Of a DNA stretch of 64,000 nt, positions 9,701 through 18,700 are shown in pieces. Numbering within the stretch: position 1 is the stretch's first letter; each line of letters starts with the position of its first letter. The position numbers and the translations under genes were made by a program. The notes beneath the pieces are model-generated. The model had not been told where the DNA came from and ran no database searches. It saw nothing but the letters and a program-made list of their open reading frames with translations. Source of the stretch: Phycisphaerae bacterium (GTDB lineage: Bacteria; Planctomycetota; Phycisphaerae; UBA1845; Fen-1342); contig JASFQK010000025.1 of NCBI GenBank assembly GCA_050115495.1, forward strand, positions 30,462-94,461, in the 5' to 3' direction.

Positions 9701-12700
9701 CGCCTTCTTTGAAGCCCTGGCTGTCGCCCTCGCTGGGCCGCATCAGCGGGCTCTTGTCCTTGAACACTTCCTCGAGCAGGCTGGCCACGTCCTCGGCGCT
9801 CGCGTATTGCAGCGAGATCGCCCGCAGCTCCGTCTCCGCTCCGATCGGCAGCGTGTCGAACACCTGCACGATCTCGGTGAGGGCCTCGTTGTTCTTCGGC
9901 GTCGAGAAGATGATCAGCGAGTTCGTGCCTTCCTCGGCGACGATGCGGATCGGCCGCTCCAAATCGAGCTCGGGCAGCTCGCGCCCGTCCGGCATCCGCA
10001 GCTTGATGACGCTCACGTACGGCTTGGCGGCCCGGTCACCGCCGCTGCTCGCCTCGCGGGCGGCATCCTGCTCCGCCTCGATCATGTCGGTCAGCACCTT
10101 GGCGATGTCCGTGGCCTGACCGTTCTGGAGCTGGATAAGCATGGCGTCAGCCCGCACGAAGCTCGCCCGGGCCTCGTCATCCTTGATCTCCACGTCGTAC
10201 GCTTCGAGCATGCGCTCGATGTCGGCCACGTCCTGCAGCGTACCCACGACGAACACGCTGTTCGAACGGTCGTCGGCCTCGATCGTGGCCTGCGATTCCT
10301 TGGGCACCTCGCGCTGGTCGTTCAACTTCTCGATGATCGGCCGCAACTTGGCCACGGCCTCCGACGCCCGCACGTGCTGCAACGGCACGCAGCGGAAGTC
10401 GGTCCGGTCCGTCGGATCCAGATCCAGCTTCTCGATGAGCTCGGCGATCTGCTCCATGATCGTCTCCGAGGCGGCGACGATCAGGGCGTTGCTGCGACCC
10501 TCGGCGTTGATGCTGAACTGCTCGTCGATGCCGGTGACGTCGATGCGAGCCTTGATGGCCGTCTCGATGACCGGGGCCAGGGCCGTCGCCTTGGCGTTGT
10601 TCACGTAGAAGACCTCGACGAGGGCCTGCGGCGCGGTCGCCTCCATCATGATCAGAATCTGCTCGATGAAGTCGATGTCGGTTTCGTCGCCCGAGAGAAT
10701 GACCTGGTGGTCATCGATGGCCGTGACAATCACGTCGCCGCGCAATTCGCCGCTGATACCGGTGATGCCCTCGACGACGGGCTGCGTCTGCGGCGCGTCG
10801 GTGACCGGCTCTTCGGCGGCCGGCTTCGGCGTCGCCTTGACCGGCGTCGTTCGGACGGGCGCCGGCTGGGCCTTCGGCTGTTTGTCCGCTCCGGCGCGGG
10901 GCCGCTGGGGGCGAGCCGGCGTCGTGCCGCGCGGTCGCGGCTTCGGCCCGGCCTGCGGTGGGTCATCCTCGCTGTCGTCGCTCAGCCACTGCCCCACCAG
11001 CGCCGCCCCAACGCTCGGCTGGAGCATCGTGACGCTGACGTATGGCGCCAGGCCCGCCGGCGTCGGTGCCGGCCAGAGCGACTCGCGCGTCTCGCGCATG
11101 TTCGGCCAGGTGGCGTCGCCGCGGCCGCGCGACCGGCGGGACGACCCGCCCGAGCGCGTCGGCGTGCTGCGCGAACCGCCCGACGAGCCGCGGCGCTGCT
11201 GCAACTCGTTGATGAGATTCTGCACGTCCTGTGCAGAACGTCCGCGCAACTGAATGACGCGCGTTACCTGGCGATCAGCCTTAACCGCAGCGAGCTGGTC
11301 CACCACCATCTGAACGCGTCCGAACAGGATCTGGTCGCCGCCGACCATCAGAGTATTCGTGTAGAGCTCGGGTTCCACCGACACGCGACGCGCCGTACGG
11401 CCCGTGCGCTCGGCGTCCTGCTCCTCGCTTTCGTTGACGATGCGCTCGACGTTAGTGGCCAGCCGCTCGACGTCCTGACCCAGCGGCACCTTGATCACGG
11501 CGATGTTCGGGCTGATTACATCCGGGTGGTCGAAGCGCTCGACGAGTCCGCGAATCTCCTCGATGTCACGCGGCGTGCCACGCACGACCAGCGTCTGGTT
11601 GTTGTCAAAGGGGACCATCTGCGGGCCCGTGCTCTCGCCGGCCGCCCCGCGTCCACCGCTGCCCCGCCCACGACTGCTGCCACCGCTCTGCTCGCGCTGG
11701 TCGATGAACTGCCAGATGAACGAGGCGATCTCCGTCGGCTTGACGTTCTCCACGGGGATGGTCGCGATCTGGAACTGGATCGATTCCTCATACATGTCGA
11801 TGACCTTCTCGGCCACGAAGTCAATATCATCCGACCGGCCGAAGACCATCACGGCATTGGTGCTCACGTCCGCGGTGGCCTGTACATCCAGCTCCCGCGC
11901 GGACATCGACGTACCGCCACCCATCATGCTCATCATGCCCCGGCCGCCGCCGCGGCGCATCGAGCCGGCACTTTCGCTGGAGCCGCCGGAGGCGTAGCTG
12001 TTGATCGCCTCGGCGACGACTTCGGCGTCGGCCTTGTCGAGCACGAAGACGCGGAAGTCACGCCGCATGTCGGCCGGCGTCTCCACGTCGATCGTAGCCA
12101 GCACGCTCTCCACGAAAGCGAACGTCTGCTGCGAGCCGACGACGATGATGCTCTTGGTGCGCGTATCGGGCACCACGGTGAACGGGTCGAAGCCGAGCTC
12201 CATGCTGCGACCGCCGCCGCGCCCGCTGAAGCTGTTCATCTGCACGAACTGCATGAGCGCGTCCTGCAGCGTGGCTACCAGCGACTCGGGGTCGGCGTAT
12301 TGCACCGCGAAGCGGCGAAGCTGCATGCCCTCGTTCGGCTGATCCAGCGTGGCGACGACGTCCTCGATCTGGAGGAAGGTGGGATCGGGGGCGCGCACGA
12401 GGAGCTTCTTCGAGTTCTTGTCGCCGATGATGACGAGGGAACCGCCGGTGCTGCCACTACTACCACGCGGTCCGCGGCGGCTGCTGGTCGCCGCGCCGGT
12501 GCCGCCGAACATCTCCAGCAGCTTGTCGGCGAGCTCTTCCGGATTGGCGTAGATGACGTCGATTTCGCGGATATCGCGCTTGTCGCCCAGATCGAGCTCC
12601 TCGATCTTCTCCAGGACGATCGCCCGCTTGTCGGGCGTACCGAAGACGACGATGACGTTGCTAGTCGGCTCGGCCACGATGCGCAGATCCTGGCTCGCGA

Positions 12701-15700
12701 CCGAGGTGTTGCCGCCGCCGCCCCGCCCCGGGCGCCCCGTCGTTCCGCCGGCGTAGATCGAACTGACCACGTCGGCGATCGCCGACGCGTCGCCGTACTT
12801 GCAGGCGTACGTCTCGGCCTCGGCGATGGCGCCTTCGATGTCCAGGCGCTGGATCTGGTCGAGGACCTTCTCCACGTCCTTGGCTTCGGCGGTGAAGATG
12901 ATCGTGTTGGTGCGCGGGTCGCCGGAGATGGTCACCGGACCCAGGGACCCGGGCGAACCGGCGCTGCCGCGACCGCCGCGGCCACCGCCGCCGCTCGTCG
13001 CCGCCGCGAAGACTTCCTGAAGCAGCGGCAGCACGTCGTCGACGCGCTTGGCGTTCAGCAACTCGTAGTGGTAGATGCCCACCACGTCGCGGCCTTCGAG
13101 CTGCTCGAGCTCGGTAATGACCTCTTCAATAAGCTGCATGACCTCCGGCGGAGCGGAGACCATCAGCGAGTTGGTCACGGCGTTGGCCACAATCTCAACG
13201 CTCTCGACCTTGGCCCCGCCCTCCACGCCGGCGACGGCCACCGTTTGCTGCTGAAGCATCTCCAGCAACTGCTGCTGCGCGTTGCCGCCGCGTCGGTTCG
13301 TGCGGGGGGCGCTGCTGCCGCGCCGTTGCTGGACCTTGTTAATGCCCAGCACTTCCCTGATGTTCCCAGCCGTCTCCTGGGCATCGAGGTTGTACAACTG
13401 GAAGACCTTGATCTCGACCTTTCCCGGCGGAATGTCCAATTCGCGGAGAAGCTGCTTGATCTCGGGCAGGTCGCTCTCCTGGCACTTGATAATAAGGTAG
13501 TTGTGGCCCGGGTCGGTGGCGATGCGGACGCGCTCGCCGGAGGTGGTCCGGCCGCTCCGCCCGCCGGACTGCCGGCCACCGACCATGCCGCGGAACTGGT
13601 CCATCATGCCGCCCTGGTCGCGGCCCTGCTGATCGCCCCGGCCGCGCTGCATCATCTGCTGCATCTGCTGCTGCATTTGTTGCATCTGCTGCATCTGCTG
13701 CGGCAGGCGCAGCGTCTGCCGGTCGTTGAACATGATCTGCACGACCTCGGCGGCCGCGGCCACGTCGCCGTACTTGAACTGGAAGATGCGGATCACCTCG
13801 CCGAGGTCCATGTCCTCTTCGAGCATGTCGAGGACGTCCTCAACCTCGTCAACGTCTTCCTTGGGACCGTAGATGATCGCCGTGTTGTCCGGCTGTATGA
13901 CGATGCGCGTCTGCTCCTTCTCCAGCGGCGGCTCCTGGCCGGCGGCCGGCGGCTCGCGCTTCGGCGGCTCCTGGGCCGTAGCAGGCTTCGCTGTCGGGGG
14001 CGACGGCCGCCGTCCCGCCGGTTGCGTCGTCGGCGGCTGATCGTCGAACAACGCCTCTTCGAAGTCGTCGCCGAGCAGGGCCACGCTCACCGGCAGGCCC
14101 AGCTTGAACGGCTGCACGTCCTTGCCCGAAGAACTGCGCTGCGGTTTGTCCTGCCGCTCCCGGCGCGGCGTCCGCTCCGGCGCCGAGTTCTCTTCCTGCT
14201 CCCACGGCAGCGGCTCATCGTCCTCCCACAGCGGCTCGACGATCGTCTTCCGCTGCGTCGGCGCCGGCATGTACTGGACGTCGAGGGTGTCACCGCCCAT
14301 GCGCTCACGCAGGTACGCCACCGCCGCCTCTGTGTCGCCGGTCAGCTTGCGGATGCGCGCCACGTGCTCGGGGTGAATCCACCTCTCATGCTTGCGGATG
14401 GCGGCAACGATACGGTCGTACTCGTTCGGCCGGCACCGCACCTTGATGTACTCGCCGAACCAGTCGGCCTCGATCACCGGGCCGCCCTTGTCCTCCGGCG
14501 GGAACATCTGGCGCACGTCCCAGGCGAGATCGAAGGCGCTGCCGCGGAGAACCTCGACGAAGAAGAGCTCCCGCCCGTTCGGGTCGGTCAGCCCGTCGCC
14601 CATGTCGATCTCCGCATCCAACTGCGCAACGAAAGCCTCAATCTGACGCATCTTGCGCTTGTTCGCCGTTATCAGCAGCCGATTGGCCGATTCGTCCGGC
14701 GTGATGGTCACCTTGTCCATCGCGGCCCCGCGGCCGCCACTCGGGAACAACTGCCCCAGCGTGTCGGCCACGTCGTAGGCACTGCTGTTGCGAAGCTGAA
14801 AGATCTGGAGCTCGGGGATCACCTCGCTCTTCGATTCGAGCTCTTCGATCCACTTCTCCACTTTGGCCATGTCCTCCGGCATGCCCGCCAGGATGATCGA
14901 GTTGCTGGCGGCGTCGGCGGTGATCCGCACCGTGGCCGCGCCACTGCGGGCCCCGGGCGAGCCGGCAGACCGGCCCATCCCGGCAACCACCGTATTCAGC
15001 GACTGGCCCATCTGCACGGCATCCGCCTTCTCCAGGGCGATGATGTGCACGATGTCGCCGCTCTCCACCTCCTGGTCGACCATGTTGATCAGCTCTTCGG
15101 CGAGCTTCTGGTACTCCTCCGGCGCCATGACGAACAGCCGGTTGCCGACCATGTCGGCCAACACAGCGGTCTGGGCCTGGATCTGCCGAGCAAGCTGACC
15201 CTCCGACTGGGCGATGCGAGCCTTGAGCATGGTGTCCACGCTCTGGGCCACCTGCTCCGCACGCGAGTTCTTCAATACATACGTGCGGGCGTCGGACTCC
15301 GGCATCTTCTGGCTTTCAAACCCGTTGATCAGCCGGTCGATGAACGGCATGTGATCCGGCGGAGCGATGACCAGCAGCGTATTGGTGGTCGGCTCCGGGA
15401 ACGCTCCCGGCCGCATCTGCCCCCGCGCCGGCGCCGGCAGCACGCTGCTCAGATAAGCCTGCACCTGCCCCGCCACCTGCGCGGCATTGAGCACCTTCAA
15501 CTCGTACACCTGGATCTTCAGGTCGGCCGGGGCCACGGCATCGAGCTGCTCGATGATCGCGAGGATGTCAGTCATCCTGTCCGGCGGAGCCTGCACGACA
15601 ATGCTGCGGCCGCCCGTAACGTTGAAGGAGATCTCCTGCCCCAGTTGGTTCCGCTGGCCGACGCGCCGCGGAACGTATTGGGAATTGAGGATGTTGAGCA

Positions 15701-18700
15701 CCTCGTACGGATCAGCGGTCTTCAGCTCAACGATCTTCATCTCGCCCCGGTGCGGATCGACCCGGCTCTCCAGGTCCATCGCCCACTTCTCAATCTCGTG
15801 GAAGTCCTCATCCCCGCCGCCGACGATGAGTGAGTTCGTCAGCGGTTCAGCCGTGATCTGCAGCGTCTTCGCGCGGATCTTCTCGTTGAAGATGTTGTTC
15901 AGGACACCGGCCACCGCGTTTGCATCCGCCTTCACCAGCGAAATCGTGCGCAGACGACTCCCCGCCACCGGCGGCTGGTCCAACTGCGCGATCAGCGCTT
16001 TGGCCATGGGCATCACAAACTTCGGCACGTTCAGCACGACCTCATTCAGCCGTGGCTCAACCGTGATGCTGATCCGGTCCGCCACCGTCCGCGTTCGCGC
16101 CGATTGCGCGACCAGGATCTGGCGAAGCTGGTTACCGACGTGCGCCGCATCGGCGTTGACGATCTTCACAAACTCCTGTTCTAGCGCGAGGTCCGCCGTC
16201 TCCTTCTCAAACGACGTGATAACCTCGTTGATCCGATCGAACATGTCCTTCGGCGCACTGACGATCAGCATCTCCGTCGTCTCGTCGTAAGAGAACGTCG
16301 CCCGCAGCCTGTCGGGGCGCGGCGGTTCCTTGGAGAAGATGCTGTTCAGATTGCTCGCCAACTTGCGCACGTCCAACCCGACTAGCTTGATGGTCTTGTT
16401 GACAATGACCGGCTCCGGCTGCTTGACCGGCTCGATGTCGTACTGGTCGAGCAGTAACAGGCCCTGCTTGACCGCCACATCCGGGCCGTTGATCACCACG
16501 CGGTTGGTCCGGGCGTCCGCTGTCACCTTGATTTTCGAAGCCGCCTGGCGCCCCAGAATGCCCTGCATGTACGTCACGAGTTGCTCACGCAGCCAATTGG
16601 CCGCCTCGGTCGCCTGGGCGTAGTTCATCTGGCGAAACTCGATCCGCGGCTCCGTGCCCTTCTGCGCTTCGGCGTAGTCGGCGATGAGCCGGTCGATCTC
16701 CTCCTGCACATCCTTGGAGCATGTAACGACGATCGTCTCTGCCTGCGTATCCGCGTCAAAACGAGCCACGACGTTGTTGCGAGAACGGAAGGCGTTGCCC
16801 AGCTTGCTGGCGATCTGGGCCACGTCCGCCCCCTCCAGCTTGACCGTCCGAATGATGATCTCGCTACCCTTCGGATCGTCGAGCTGCGCGATGAAGGCCG
16901 AGATCTCAGGCATGACGTCCTTCGGCGCCTCGATCACGACCTGCGGCCCGGAGGCTACCGCCTTGATCTGCGGACCGACCGGTCGCCCCCCCTTCCGGGA
17001 TCCGCTACCGTACATGGCCTGCACGGCCGATGCCACTTCCCGCGACTGGGCGAAACGCAGCGTGAAGAAGCGCTGCTCGGGGAGCTGCGCCCCGACCGCC
17101 TCGTCGCGCTCCTGGGCGTAGGCCTTGATCTTTTCCAGCGTCGCCGTATCGGCCTGGACGATCAGCGAGTTCGTCACGGACTCGGCCTGAATGATGGCCC
17201 CGCCGCTTCCGCCGACGGCTCGCCCCGGACGACGGCCACTCATGACCCCGCCGAAGAGCTGCATGGCTTCGGTGGCCACCTGCGTGGCGTCGGCGTGGGC
17301 CAGGGGCAGAATCTCGTAGCGGCTGCTGTCCTCGCGATCGAGGGCCTCGATCAGCGGCTTGATCTCGTCGATCGCCGGCTTGATGGCGTACAGCAGCACC
17401 GTGCTGCCGTCGGCCTGAATCAAGACCGCCGAGCGGCCCAGCGCCGGGTGCACGTACTGCCCGCGATACATGTTGTTCAGCAGGCTGGCGATGGACATCG
17501 CGTCGCCGAACTGCAGGTCGATCGTCTCCAGGCGCGGCTTGTTCGAGACCACGCCCTCGTCGAGCACCTGGATGATCTCCTCCACCTTGGTCCAGTCCTC
17601 GTCCGAGCAGACCACGATGAGCGTCTGGGCCTCGTCCAGCGGGATGATCTGGACCTCGGTCGATACCGCCGCCGGCGTCGCTCCGCGCATCCGGTTGAAC
17701 CGTCCGCGCGTGGGCGTCATGCTGCGCGTGGTGCCGCCGGACATCAGAACGGGCGTGATGACCTCGGCCACGCGGCTTGGGGCGATGTTCTGGAGCTGCA
17801 CCATGTGCCGCAGGCCCTCGGGCGTGGCCACGTCCAGCTCGGCGATGACCTCCTCGATCTGCTGCATCGCCTCGCGCTCGGCGATGATGTGGAACTGATT
17901 GTTCGCCTCGTCCAGCACGATGCTGGCCCCACGGCCGCGGCCGCCGGCCCCGATGTTCTGCACGATCTGGCTGATCGTGGGGAAGACCTGGGCGGCGTCG
18001 GCCTGCTCCAGCTTGATCGTCTGGAAGTTGCTCGGCTGAACCTTGTCGATTGTCTCCAGCAGTTCGCGGACGCGCTTCTGACCTTCGGCGTTGGCGTAGA
18101 CGATCAACGAGTTTGTCCGCTCGTCCGCCGCCAGCCGGATCGTCTTCTTGGCCCGCTCGAACGTGCCCTCGGCCAGAATGTCCTCAGGCGAGGTCTGCGC
18201 CTGTGTGGGCGTCCGGGTCGTCCGTCGCGTCCGCGACGATCCTCGCTGCTGCAACTGCCGCAGGCGCTGCCAGGCCGGCGTCGTAGCTGTTGAACCCTGC
18301 TCCTGCGAAAAGATCTTGTTCAGCAGGTCGGCGACGTCCGAGGCGTTGGCGTTCTCGATCACGATGACTTCGGTCTTGAACTCGCCGATATCCGGCTTCG
18401 CGTCGACCTTGTCAATAAGGTCCTGAATCTCCTCGAGCTTGGACGGGATGGCCTTGGCGATGATCGTGTTCGTGCGCTCGTCCGCGACGATGCGGATGTC
18501 CCGATCGTCGCCGCCCCCCGTCGTCACTGGAATCATCCGTCCGGTGCGCGGGTCGCGCTGCAGTTGCATCTGCGGACCGCTGCTCACCTCCAGCAGTTCA
18601 CGGACGATCCGCTCGACCTCGCTCGCGTTGGTCTTGACGTTGAAGATCTTTACCTTTCGCGGGTCACCTTCCTTGATGGCGATGCGGTCCATCAGGTCCA

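Noticed and set aside
9636..15833. 2065-aa plus-strand ORF and other long ORFs antisense to real genes
   Set aside because: Stop-poor antisense frames expected from GC-biased codon usage; no motifs or RBS
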